A stretch of 64,000 nucleotides of DNA from Vicinamibacterales bacterium (GCA_038320555.1 JBBQEJ010000001.1:17222-81221); one strand, 5' to 3'. Counted from the stretch's first letter, positions 19,938-28,879 are shown. The notes: generated by a model from the sequence alone, not told the origin. Translations and numbers: made by a program.

Positions 19938-20470
19938 GCTTCCCCCTCGATGACCACCTCGTCGGCGCCGTCGATCTCCTGGAGCCGTACCTGGACGCTC
20001 TGTTTCAACGACGTCGGAAGGTTCTTGCCGACATAGTCCGCCTTGATGGGCAACTCCCGATGGCCGCGGTCCACGAGCACGATGAGCTGAATGGCGCGTG
20101 GCCGGCCGAAGTCGATCAAGGCATCGAGCGCCGCGCGAATCGTCCGTCCGGTGTAGAGCACGTCGTCCACGAGCAGGATCTTGCGATCGTCGATCGAGAA
20201 CGGAATCTCCGTCCGGCGAACGACGGGCTGGGGCCCGACCGGGTGGCGCATCAAGTCGTCGCGGTACAGCGTGATATCAAGCGCGCCTGTCGGCACCTCG
20301 TCGCCGTTGATCTCGTGGAGCGTCTTCGCGATCCGCCGCGCGAGCGGAACGCCGCGCCGGCGGATGCCGACGAGCGCGATCTCGTCGAGGCCTCGGTTGC
20401 GCTCGAGAATCTCGTGCGACATGCGCGTGAGCGCGCGCGACATGCGGTCGGCGTCCATTACCTGGGGCAT
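19934..20470 (-). CDS. pyrR: bifunctional pyr operon regulator / uracil phosphoribosyltransferase PyrR
   Basis: 178 aa with the [22 protein letters not shown] loop. The 4-nt overlap with the pyrB start indicates an operon. Confidence 0.9.
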   Translation of the reverse strand: MPQVMDADRMSRALTRMSHEILERNRGLDEIALVGIRRRGVPLARRIAKTLHEINGDEVPTGALDITLYRDDLMRHPVGPQPVVRRTEIPFSIDDRKILLVDDVLYTGRTIRAALDALIDFGRPRAIQLIVLVDRGHRELPIKADYVGKNLPTSLKQSVQVRLQEIDGADEVVIEGEA

Positions 20471-20571
20471 GGAGGCGTCCGGCCACGACGCGACACAGAT
20501 GCTGGGAAGAGAGGCCGCGGCAGTCGCCGCAGCAGAACCAGGACGGGGACGTTCACCTCATCACCTCTTGG

Positions 20572-20591
20572 CGGCCTCTCCGGGCCGCCGT
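20572..20591 (-). promoter_or_regulatory. PyrR-binding RNA hairpin in the pyrR leader
   Basis: The minus-strand RNA is GGCGGCC-CGGAGA-GGCCGCC followed by AAGAGG: a perfect 7-bp stem with a CGGAGA loop. Compare the B. subtilis PyrR site UCCAGAGAGGCU...AAGG. A downstream GCGGCCUCUCUU segment can pair alternatively with the 3' half. Confidence 0.6.
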
Positions 20592-20621
20592 TAAAGAGTT
20601 CGGTTGATGATATCACACCGT

Positions 20622-20730
20622 TGCCAGTGGCCAGTTGCCGGTTGCCAGTTCCCAGTTGCCAGTTGCCAGTTGCCAGTTGCCAGTTGGCAGTTCCGGACTG
20701 AAAACTGAAAACTGGAAACTGGAAACTGAT
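20622..20730. repeat. phased heptamer arrays: GCCAGTT/CCAGTTG units, then CTGAAAA x2 and CTGGAAA x2
   Basis: Five perfect CCAGTTG units at about 20654-20688, flanked by variants, directly upstream of the pyrR leader. Confidence 0.9.
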
Positions 20731-20732
20731 TC

Positions 20733-22493
20733 TCATCGGCTATAACTCGGTATGAACACAATGGGCCGCTCGCCGGTAAACGCGCGAGTGAAGAGATCGG
20801 CGCGGGCGAAACCATCCATGTCGCGCGCAACGGGGAGTCCGAGGAAATACAGCACCGTGGGGGCCACGTCCACGATCGATCCCCGCTGGCGGCGGCCGGG
20901 TTCGGCCGCTGCGCCGTACGCGATGAGAAATCCATCCGGCGCGCGTTCGTGCGTGCCGCTGAAGTCGGCATCGCCGAGCAGCCGGCCGATCGTCTCTTTG
21001 ACGGGATTCAGCGGCTCCATGCCGAACCCCGCCACGATCATGAGCAGATCCCCCGGTGTCATGGCATCAAGCGCGGCACCTACCTCACCGTCGATGAACG
21101 CGTAGTACCGATCGATCACCTGCGAGAACCGCCGGCGCTCCTCTTCCGGCACGTCGCGAAATGACCTCGGCTGCGTGTACCGCAGGTAGTAGTGGCCGAC
21201 GGTATCGAGCCCGTCGTAGCGAAGGGCCGTCAGGCGCGGTTTCATCTCGGCGGAGAGGTCGTGCATCGCGCGGCTGTACAGACGATCGCGCCGAAGCGCC
21301 TCGGCTTCCGGGCTCGTACCCGAGCCGGGATCCCCGCCTGGACCATTGCCCGCCGGCTGTGGCTCAACGTCGGACGTGGGCTCCGTAAACGCTGCTTCGA
21401 GCGCCGGCAGGACATCGAGGGGCGACGCGGCCCGATCGAATTCGCCGATCGTTCCCACGAGTTGATGAAAACGGTCGCTGACGATGAACCCGTCCACGTC
21501 TGCGGCAGGATACGTCAGCGGCCACCGCGCCACGCCCACGCGCACGCCGGCCTGCGATGCGATCGACCAGAGCGGCCGCGCGCGCCAGGTCGTTGCCGCG
21601 TTGGGCTCATCGCGGATGAATCCAAGATGCACGAGCGCGTGGGAGAAGCAGTGATCGGGCAGGAGATCGACCCCCCGGCTGTCGTTTCGCGCGTAGTACG
21701 ACGCCGCCGATCGCACGCCGTTCTTCGACGGATACATGCCGGTCGCCACAGCGGCCCAGACGGGATCGGGCTGCGTCGGACGAACGGTCGCGAGATCCAT
21801 CACCGCGGCCTTCTCGAGCAACCGCGCGAACGCGGGCAGCCTGCCCTCCGCCACCCGAGGAAGCACGTATTCGAACGACGCGCCGTCGAGCAACAGCATC
21901 ACGATGCGCGGCCCTTGAACTTCGTCGGGGCGTCCCGCCTGCGTCTCCGGCGCCGCGGATATCGGGGGCGGCAGTTCGACCGAGCGGCCCCGTGCGGCGA
22001 GCGGCAGCACCAGTGAAGCGATGACCGCGAGCGAAAAGAGCGTGGCGCCGACACGGCTCCCGCGCCGGCCGAACGAGTAGTGGGCCACCGCAATGCCAAG
22101 CAGCACCGCTGCTGACGCGGTCGTGGCGATCGCGCCGGCGGTCATCCGCCACGCGGCCTCCTCGGTCAGCGCGGCGTTGAACCCGCGCACGTTCAGCCAC
22201 ATCAACGTCGCCGCGCCCGCCGCCGCCGACGCCGCCATCCAGGCCAGCACACGCACGCTCGCCCACCCGGGCGACAGCATGCGCAGCGCAAAGAACTCGC
22301 GCATCACGATGACGACGTAGAAGATCACGGCGAGGTTGACACCGTAGAGAAGGCAGAGTGTCAGGAACCAGCGCCACGTCGTGTCCGACGCGAGCGGAAT
22401 CTGCGGATTCAACTGCAGCACGAGCACTGTCAGGTACGCCGCGCCCAGCGCACCCGCCAGCAGCGAGTTCGTGAGCATCCGCAGGAACCGCAT
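20733..22493 (-). CDS. membrane-anchored alkaline-phosphatase-superfamily protein (nucleotide pyrophosphatase/phosphodiesterase-like)
   Basis: About 170-aa N-terminal polytopic region, then LLLDGASFEY, TGMYPSKNG and GTHERAPDG motifs of the AlkP core. Confidence 0.65.
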   Translation of the reverse strand: MRFLRMLTNSLLAGALGAAYLTVLVLQLNPQIPLASDTTWRWFLTLCLLYGVNLAVIFYVVIVMREFFALRMLSPGWASVRVLAWMAASAAAGAATLMWLNVRGFNAALTEEAAWRMTAGAIATTASAAVLLGIAVAHYSFGRRGSRVGATLFSLAVIASLVLPLAARGRSVELPPPISAAPETQAGRPDEVQGPRIVMLLLDGASFEYVLPRVAEGRLPAFARLLEKAAVMDLATVRPTQPDPVWAAVATGMYPSKNGVRSAASYYARNDSRGVDLLPDHCFSHALVHLGFIRDEPNAATTWRARPLWSIASQAGVRVGVARWPLTYPAADVDGFIVSDRFHQLVGTIGEFDRAASPLDVLPALEAAFTEPTSDVEPQPAGNGPGGDPGSGTSPEAEALRRDRLYSRAMHDLSAEMKPRLTALRYDGLDTVGHYYLRYTQPRSFRDVPEEERRRFSQVIDRYYAFIDGEVGAALDAMTPGDLLMIVAGFGMEPLNPVKETIGRLLGDADFSGTHERAPDGFLIAYGAAAEPGRRQRGSIVDVAPTVLYFLGLPVARDMDGFARADLFTRAFTGERPIVFIPSYSR

Positions 22494-22535
22494 CGGGTTA
22501 GTGTAGCGCGGGGGTGTCGGGTATACTTTTTGGAA

Positions 22536-23360
22536 ATGCCCATCGATGTGGAGGCTGCCGTCATCTCGAACACGCGGCTGTCGGATGACTACAACGTCGT
22601 CGCCCTCGCGGCGCCCGAGGTCGCCCTGCTGGCGCGACCCGGGCAGTTCGTGATGATCAAGCCGTCGCGCGGCATCGATCCGCTGCTGCGCCGGCCGTTC
22701 TCGATTTTTGAGATTCTCCGCGATCCCGGCGGCGCGCCCACCGGCATCTCACTGCTCAACAAGCGCATCGGCGCCGGCACGGGACTTCTCTATGACGTCC
22801 CGTCCGGCGGACGCGTGGGATGTCTTGGACCACTCGGGCGGCCCTTCGAGCCGATCGAGTCGCCGGCGGAAGCCTGGATGGTTGCAGGCGGTGTCGGGCT
22901 TGCGCCGTTTGTCACGCTCGCCGAAGCGTTGAAGGCGCGAGGGACCAAAACGCGGCTCTTCTACGGCGCGCGCCGTGCCGCCGATCTCACATACGTCGAG
23001 CTGTTCGAGAGCATGGGTGTCGAACCGGTGCTCGCGACCGAAGACGGGAGCCGCGGCGCCCGCGGGTTCATTACCGCACCGCTCGACACCGCGCTCGCTG
23101 CTGTTCCCCGATCGCACGACCTGCGGCTCTATGCCTGCGGACCCACGCCGATGATGCGGGCTGTGGCGGAACTCGCCGCGTCGCACGGCCGCCGGTGCGA
23201 CGTGTCGCTCGAGCAGGTGATGGGGTGCGGCCTCGGCGGGTGCTACAGTTGCGTCGTGCTCACGCGCACGCCGGGTACCGCCCCGCATTTCGTGCGATCC
23301 TGCATCGGCGGACCGGTGTTCGATGCCACCCGGATCCTCTGGGACGCGCTCGCACATTGA
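22536..23360 (+). CDS. pyrK: dihydroorotate dehydrogenase electron-transfer subunit
   Basis: FAD/NAD-binding fold motifs (RPFSI, GGVGLAP) and the C-terminal 2Fe-2S cysteines CGLGGCYSC. ATG at 22536; the track ORF starts two codons earlier at a TTG. Confidence 0.85.
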   Translation: MPIDVEAAVISNTRLSDDYNVVALAAPEVALLARPGQFVMIKPSRGIDPLLRRPFSIFEILRDPGGAPTGISLLNKRIGAGTGLLYDVPSGGRVGCLGPLGRPFEPIESPAEAWMVAGGVGLAPFVTLAEALKARGTKTRLFYGARRAADLTYVELFESMGVEPVLATEDGSRGARGFITAPLDTALAAVPRSHDLRLYACGPTPMMRAVAELAASHGRRCDVSLEQVMGCGLGGCYSCVVLTRTPGTAPHFVRSCIGGPVFDATRILWDALAH

Positions 23361-23362
23361 TC

Positions 23363-24301
23363 ATGGATCTTTCCGTTGCAATCGGCTCGCTGACCCTCGC
23401 CAATCCGCTGATTGCCGCGAGCGGCTGCTTCGGCTACGGCGTGGAGTACGCGGACGTGGTGGATCTGTCGTTGCTCGGTGGCGTCGCGGTCAAGGGATTG
23501 TTTCTGAACGAACGCGAAGGCCATCCGCCCCCACGTATCGTCGAAACGCCGGCCGGCATGCTGAACGCCATCGGCCTCCAGGGCATCGGCGTGCATCGCT
23601 TCGTACGCGAGAAACTTCCCGAGCTGCGCGACAGGCGCGCCGTGGTGATCGTCAACATCTGCGGCACGACGATCGACGAATACTGTGAAATCGCCCGAAT
23701 CCTCTCCGACCATGCCGGCGTTGCGGCCATCGAGCTGAACATCTCGTGCCCGAACATCAAGGAAGGAGGCATCACGTTCGGATGCAGCCTCACGGGGACG
23801 CACGATGTGGTGAGCGCGGTGCGAAAAGTAACCCCGCTGCCGCTGATCCCAAAGCTGACCCCGAACGTGACGGACGTGGCGTCGTTCGCGCGCGCCGCGG
23901 AAGAGGCGGGCGCCGACGCCGTCTCGCTCGTCAACACGTTCCTCGCGATGGCGATCGACGTGCACACGCGGCGCCCGAAGCTCTCGAACATCGTCGGGGG
24001 CCTGAGCGGACCCGCGATTCGCCCCATTGCGGTTCGCATGGTGTACGAATGCCGACAGGCCGTGAAGCTTCCCATCCTCGGCATGGGAGGGATTGCGACC
24101 GCAGACGATGTGCTGGAGTTCATGATCGCGGGAGCAACCGCTGTCCAGATCGGGACCGCGAACTTCGTCGATCCGTTCCTTTGGAAGAAGCTCCTCGACG
24201 GCATCCGCGCGTACATGACGCGGCACGAGATTACGCGATTGACCGAGTTGACCGGCACGCTCGACACGGCCAAACGGGAGACGGCGTGGATCAGCTCCTG
24301 A
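23363..24301 (+). CDS. pyrD: dihydroorotate dehydrogenase catalytic subunit (class 1B)
   Basis: MDLSVAIGSLTLANPLIAASGCFGYG, NISCPN and GGIATADD motifs. The ATG lies 3 nt after the pyrK stop. Confidence 0.9.
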   Translation: MDLSVAIGSLTLANPLIAASGCFGYGVEYADVVDLSLLGGVAVKGLFLNEREGHPPPRIVETPAGMLNAIGLQGIGVHRFVREKLPELRDRRAVVIVNICGTTIDEYCEIARILSDHAGVAAIELNISCPNIKEGGITFGCSLTGTHDVVSAVRKVTPLPLIPKLTPNVTDVASFARAAEEAGADAVSLVNTFLAMAIDVHTRRPKLSNIVGGLSGPAIRPIAVRMVYECRQAVKLPILGMGGIATADDVLEFMIAGATAVQIGTANFVDPFLWKKLLDGIRAYMTRHEITRLTELTGTLDTAKRETAWISS

Positions 24302-25077
24302 TCGCGCTCGACGTCGAGCGCGCCGGGAAGGCGCTCGCGCTGGCGGATTCATTACGCGGAATCGCAGGAGGGTTCAAGATCGGCTCCCGCCTGTTCACGT
24401 CCGAAGGACCCTCCATCGTGCGGGCGCTGGTCGAACAAGGCGATCGCGTGTTCCTCGATCTCAAGTTCCACGACATCCCCAATACAGTCGCGCAAGCCGT
24501 GGCGGCCGCGACGGCGCTCGGCGTGTGGATGGTCAACGTCCACGCATCGGGGGGAACGAAGATGATGCAGGCGGCGCGCGACGCCGCGCGCGAGTCTGCT
24601 GCGCGTGCGGGCACGAGGCCCCCGCTCGTCATTGCCGTCACGGTGCTGACGAGCGTGACCGCCGAAACGCTCGCGGAAATCGGCTGCGGGGCGGGACCAG
24701 CGGCAGATGATCCGGAGTCCGGGATCCGGGAACGGGGATCCGGGGCCGGGGCGTCCGTCATTGATCGGGTCGTCCGCCTGGCGCAACTCGCTGAGGCGGC
24801 TGGCCTCGATGGCGTCGTGGCATCGCCGCTCGAAACCACCACCATCCGGGAACATTGTGGAGGGGATTTCGCGATCGTCACACCGGGGATTCGTGGGGGC
24901 GGCGCTGGCTCCGCCGGCGACGACGACCAGGCGCGCACGATGAGCGCCGGCGAGGCGATTGCCGCCGGCGCCAGCTACATCGTCGTCGGGCGGCCGATTA
25001 TCGCGGCCACAGACCCGCGGGCCGCCGCTGAAGCGATCGCTGAAGAGTCGCGAAGGGCGAAGCCTATTTTGCCGTGA
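24286..25077 (+). CDS. pyrF: orotidine 5'-phosphate decarboxylase
   Basis: VDQLLIALDV..., FLDLKFHDIPNT and IVVGRPI motifs. The GTG start overlaps the pyrD end. It contains an unusual insertion (see repeat 24708-24749). Confidence 0.8.
   Translation: MDQLLIALDVERAGKALALADSLRGIAGGFKIGSRLFTSEGPSIVRALVEQGDRVFLDLKFHDIPNTVAQAVAAATALGVWMVNVHASGGTKMMQAARDAARESAARAGTRPPLVIAVTVLTSVTAETLAEIGCGAGPAADDPESGIRERGSGAGASVIDRVVRLAQLAEAAGLDGVVASPLETTTIREHCGGDFAIVTPGIRGGGAGSAGDDDQARTMSAGEAIAAGASYIVVGRPIIAATDPRAAAEAIAEESRRAKPILP
24708..24749 (+). repeat. six phased heptamers inside the pyrF coding sequence
   Basis: GATCCGG AGTCCGG GATCCGG GAACGGG GATCCGG GGCCGGG is 42 nt, or 14 codons (DPESGIRERGSGAG). The units resemble the intergenic GATTCGG GACTCGG GATTCGA array at 47294-47314. 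Confidence 0.8.
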
Positions 25078-25639
25078 TGATGAAGTGGCCGCGCCGGTTC
25101 TGCTGCCAGCAGGCTTCGGTCTCTTCCGCGCAGAACGGCTGCTCTTCTCCCTTGCTGACAATCGTGATCCGCTCGGTTGGAACCCCCAGGCTGACCAGGT
25201 AGTCGCGGACGGCGTCCGCGCGTCGCTCGCCGAGCGCGAGGTTGTACTCGTTGGTGCCGCGCGAGTCGGCGTGCCCTTCGACCATCACCTTCGTGGTCGG
25301 CCACTTCTTCATCCAGTCCACGTCCTTCTGCAGCAGCGCCCGCGCGTCGTTGCTGAGATCGGTGGAGTCGTAACCGAAGAGGGCGTCGGCCAGCGGCTTT
25401 TCCGCGTTCAGCTGATCGAGCGTCTTGTTCTTGAAGATCTCGTCTTCGGTTGGCGGCGCCGACTGCGCCGGAGTGGGCGCGGGCGGCGGGGGCGGCGGCG
25501 TGGCAGGGTTCGTCGGCGGAGGTGCCGGCGCGGCTACCGGGGCCGGAGCGGGCGCCTGCGGCTTCTTATGGTGGCATGCCACCCCGCCCACGGCGGCGAT
25601 CAGGACAACGCCAGCACATACTGTGAATCTGCGAATCAT
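25064..25639 (-). CDS. OmpA-family peptidoglycan-associated lipoprotein (Pal-like)
   Basis: Lipobox AAVGGVAC, a Pro-rich linker, and an OmpA_C motif VEGHADSRGTNEYNLALGERRA. Start at MIRRFTV (ATG at 25639). Confidence 0.8.
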   Translation of the reverse strand: MIRRFTVCAGVVLIAAVGGVACHHKKPQAPAPAPVAAPAPPPTNPATPPPPPPAPTPAQSAPPTEDEIFKNKTLDQLNAEKPLADALFGYDSTDLSNDARALLQKDVDWMKKWPTTKVMVEGHADSRGTNEYNLALGERRADAVRDYLVSLGVPTERITIVSKGEEQPFCAEETEACWQQNRRGHFIITAK

Positions 25640-25744
25640 CGAGCTCTCCTCGTCCTGGCTCCACGAGCGGGGACGGACGGTCACGTAGAATTGGGGGGCC
25701 CGCCTTGGGGCCTTACTTATGCTATCAACCAGTGTATCGGCGTA

Positions 25745-26506
25745 ATGGACCGACTTCTTGAGGCCACCGCGCTGGCCGAACGCAATCATTTCTGGTTCCG
25801 TGGCTTCCGGCGCTTCATGGCTCCTCTTCTGGCCGAAGCCGTGCGGGATCGTGCCCGGCCGTCCATCCTTGATTGCGGCTGCGGCACCGGCCACAACCTC
25901 TTGATGTTACGGCAATACGGCCGCGCTGTCGGCATCGATCTCACCTGGACAGGACTTGCCTACGCCCGCGGGAAGGGGGAGGAGGCAATTGCACAGGCTA
26001 CGGCCACGTGCCTGCCGTTCGCCGACGGCTGCTTCGAGGTCGTGACGTCGTTCGACGTCATCTATGCGCTCAAAGACGATGCGGAGGCGGCGGCGTTGCG
26101 CGAGATGCTCCGCGTGCTCCGTCCGGGGGGGTATCTTGTGCTCAACGTGGCCGCCATGGACCTGCTCAGGGGGAATCATTCCGTGCTCGCCAACGAGGTC
26201 CGCCGCTACAGCCGGGCAGCGCTGACCGACAAGCTGACGCGCGCCGGATTCAAGGTGCGCCGCATGTCCTACACCAACGCCACCATCCTGCCCGTCGTCG
26301 CCGCCGTGCGCCTGCTGCAGCGGGTCTCGGGGCACGGGGAATCGCACCAGGAGATCTCGATCCCCCCCGCGCCGGTCAACGCCGCTCTCACCGCCGCGCT
26401 CAGGGTCGAGGCTGCTCTGGTGCGTGTCGTCAACATGCCGTTTGGCAGCTCGTTGATGGCCCTGGCGCAAAAACCCGAAGTCCTTCCGCCTAACCGCCTC
26501 CGCTAA
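25745..26506 (+). CDS. class I SAM-dependent methyltransferase
   Basis: ILDCGCGTGHN motif I and LRPGGYLVLN. The ATG at 25745 lies within the longer track ORF. The last codons (EVLPPNRLR) are encoded by a GTCCTTCCGCCTAA repeat unit. Confidence 0.75.
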   Translation: MDRLLEATALAERNHFWFRGFRRFMAPLLAEAVRDRARPSILDCGCGTGHNLLMLRQYGRAVGIDLTWTGLAYARGKGEEAIAQATATCLPFADGCFEVVTSFDVIYALKDDAEAAALREMLRVLRPGGYLVLNVAAMDLLRGNHSVLANEVRRYSRAALTDKLTRAGFKVRRMSYTNATILPVVAAVRLLQRVSGHGESHQEISIPPAPVNAALTAALRVEAALVRVVNMPFGSSLMALAQKPEVLPPNRLR

Positions 26507-26579
26507 AGCTGCGGCGGTCCTTCCGCCTGAAGCGGAAGCCACAAAGAGTGAAGGAGACGCGAACCGCGAACCGCGAGGT
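26480..26579. repeat. CTTCCGCC-family repeat element, copy 1
   Basis: Hairpin CTTCCGC-CTGAA-GCGGAAG at 26520-26538, then GCGGAAGCCACAAAG, then GAACCGC x2 at 26561-26574. It lies between convergent genes. Confidence 0.85.
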
Positions 26580-28865
26580 TTATTGCACCGAGTACGAGTA
26601 GATCCGCAGCGCGAGGTGGCGCTTGTCGGAGGAGCGCGCGCGCTCGGCGGGCACGAAGAATTTGTCGCTGGCAATCACGACGTGGCCATCCGCCGCGGCG
26701 AGCGCGCCGGCAGGCAGCACGATCTGCTGTGTGAAATCCGCTGACGGAGTGAACCGCGCGATCTCACGCCCGCCGACGCTGACGGTCACCGCGGGTGCGG
26801 AGTCGAAGTACCGCAGCGGCGATTCACCAGACAGCGTCAACGTCACGTCGCGGCCAACGGGACGCACCCATACCGTGGCCTTCTCCGCGGCCCATCTCCA
26901 GGACCGCGCGGTCCGCGGATCGTACTCAGGTTCCTGCCAGCCCTCCTCGAGACCGATCATCGGCGTACCGGGCGATTGCAGATTGAACTGCTCGAGATCG
27001 ACCGGGATGACCCGGTTCGAGCCGTCCGCCGCGTCCGATTTCACCTCGAGCGGAATGTATCCCGCGGCTGCGGCCAGCGATCCGGCAGGCAGCGCAACAA
27101 GACGGAAGAAGAAACCGGGCCGGACCTCGAATGTATCGAGCGGCGGACCGTTCAACGAAAGGCTGAGACGGACCGCGGTATCGTCTGGTGCGCCAAGCTG
27201 GCGTCCACCAATCATCAGCGTCGCCGGCTCAGGCCGCGCGCGGATCCATGCGACGGTGGGCTTCCGATGCGGGCCGAGGCCCTCTTTCGCCGTCGTGCCC
27301 GCGACCTCGGCGGTCAGCGCCCATCCGCGATCGAGCATCCAGCCCGGAGGCGCCAGGGCATAGAGATCCGAGTCGCCCGGCCTCGTCCCGCCCACAAAGG
27401 GAGGCTCGACGAAGCCCCATCGATAGGTCACCGGACCACGTCTCGACTCCGGATCGAAGAGCGCGAGGTCGGTACGCCTCGGATCCGCCACGAACGAAAT
27501 TCTCGACGCGGGATCGCTTCGCCACTGCTCCACCAGCGTGAGCCACTCGTAGCCGTGCGGCCCTTTCAGGACACGAACAGGCGGGGTCCCGTGAAAACCG
27601 GAGCCCAGCGGCGATTCGCGACCCACCTCCAGCCAATCGACGGCTCGACGCGCGACGGCGTGCAATCCGATCACGCGCGGCCCCTCGGGTGTCTGCCGAG
27701 CCTCCGCCCCGGCCGCGTCGTAAAGCGCGAGGAAGGCGGGGCTGCCGTGACGTCCATACCAGATCGTCGCCGGAACGGTCATCACAAGGAACCATATGAC
27801 GAATGCCGCGACCCCGGCAGCCGTCACCGCACTCCCGGCCCACTCGAGCGCGCACACCGCGAGATAGGCAACCGGCACGACAAGCGGCAGCGCGTACCGA
27901 ACGGTGATGGTCTCGTGGAAGAGAAGGTGAAAAAACGCATATGGCACGAACGCCACGAGGAGCACTGCCAGCGCGCGCGGCATCTTCCGCAGCATGCGAA
28001 CCGCTCCTATCGTTGCGGCTCCGATCACGAGGGCACCGGCGATCGGGTGACCCCAGGGCCAGAGAAACGAATACATGAGCGCGTCGAGCGCCACGCGCGG
28101 CCTCCGCGCGGTCCACAACATGACGACGCCGGAGAGGTCTTCGCCGGCCTGCGACCCGATCGCCGCGGCGTAGGAGGAGAGTCCGCCGGTTGCAACGATC
28201 AGCGGAATGCCCCAGACGAGGACACCAATCGATACGGCCGCGATGGCCGCGATGCGATCGCGCACGCGCAGGCCCAGGCCGGGGAGCACGAGCGCGACGC
28301 CGAGGAGCGGCAGCGTCAGCAGGAGCGTCTGCGACCTGGCGCCGATGGCGAACCCGGCCAGACACGCACCCCACGTCAGCAGGCGCGGCCTGGCCTTCCC
28401 GGTGATCACCGACACGATCAACGCCTGTGCCCCTACAGCGGCCGCAAGGCCGGTCGTATCGCTGAGCGGCCGCAGGGCTGTGAACCAGAAGAGCGGCGAG
28501 GTCACGGCGACCAGGGTCGCCCACCACGCCACGGCGGGAGCCTGGAGCACCTGGCCGACACTGCCGAGCGCGCTGAACAATCCGAACAGCAGACACACGA
28601 GCGCCGCACCGGAGATCGCACTCCAGATCGCCAGGCCGCGCGGTTCCGGCGACGGCACCCGCGCCACGCGGAGGAGGGACGTTGACACCTTTCCGAGCGC
28701 GATGAACACCGGATATCCCGGCGGATGGGGCTGATGCTTCGCCACGTCGAAGTCGGCGACGCCTAACGCGAAGTTGATGGAGTCGATGTCTTCGAGCGTC
28801 GGCGGCAGAAGGGGAACGTGGGCCGCAAGGAACACAAGCGAAAGCAGAGCAATCGCGTTGCGCAC
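26580..28865 (-). CDS. polytopic membrane protein with a large C-terminal extracytoplasmic domain (putative GT-C-type glycosyltransferase)
   Basis: 761 aa. The N-terminal 400 aa or so are strongly hydrophobic with many predicted TM segments, with EDIDSINFALGV...HQPHPPGYP in the first loop. The family assignment is tentative. Confidence 0.45.
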   Translation of the reverse strand: MRNAIALLSLVFLAAHVPLLPPTLEDIDSINFALGVADFDVAKHQPHPPGYPVFIALGKVSTSLLRVARVPSPEPRGLAIWSAISGAALVCLLFGLFSALGSVGQVLQAPAVAWWATLVAVTSPLFWFTALRPLSDTTGLAAAVGAQALIVSVITGKARPRLLTWGACLAGFAIGARSQTLLLTLPLLGVALVLPGLGLRVRDRIAAIAAVSIGVLVWGIPLIVATGGLSSYAAAIGSQAGEDLSGVVMLWTARRPRVALDALMYSFLWPWGHPIAGALVIGAATIGAVRMLRKMPRALAVLLVAFVPYAFFHLLFHETITVRYALPLVVPVAYLAVCALEWAGSAVTAAGVAAFVIWFLVMTVPATIWYGRHGSPAFLALYDAAGAEARQTPEGPRVIGLHAVARRAVDWLEVGRESPLGSGFHGTPPVRVLKGPHGYEWLTLVEQWRSDPASRISFVADPRRTDLALFDPESRRGPVTYRWGFVEPPFVGGTRPGDSDLYALAPPGWMLDRGWALTAEVAGTTAKEGLGPHRKPTVAWIRARPEPATLMIGGRQLGAPDDTAVRLSLSLNGPPLDTFEVRPGFFFRLVALPAGSLAAAAGYIPLEVKSDAADGSNRVIPVDLEQFNLQSPGTPMIGLEEGWQEPEYDPRTARSWRWAAEKATVWVRPVGRDVTLTLSGESPLRYFDSAPAVTVSVGGREIARFTPSADFTQQIVLPAGALAAADGHVVIASDKFFVPAERARSSDKRHLALRIYSYSVQ

Positions 28866-28879
28866 GAGAGGATGTGTAC

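Noticed and set aside
20622-20730. Possible CRISPR array (and likewise the other tandem arrays)
   Set aside because: The units are 7 nt with no unique spacers, there are no cas genes in the window, and the arrays are far too short-period for CRISPR.
26976-28685. 569-aa plus-strand ORF
   Set aside because: Antisense to the 761-aa polytopic membrane protein, with extremely R/E/G-rich, non-protein-like sequence.
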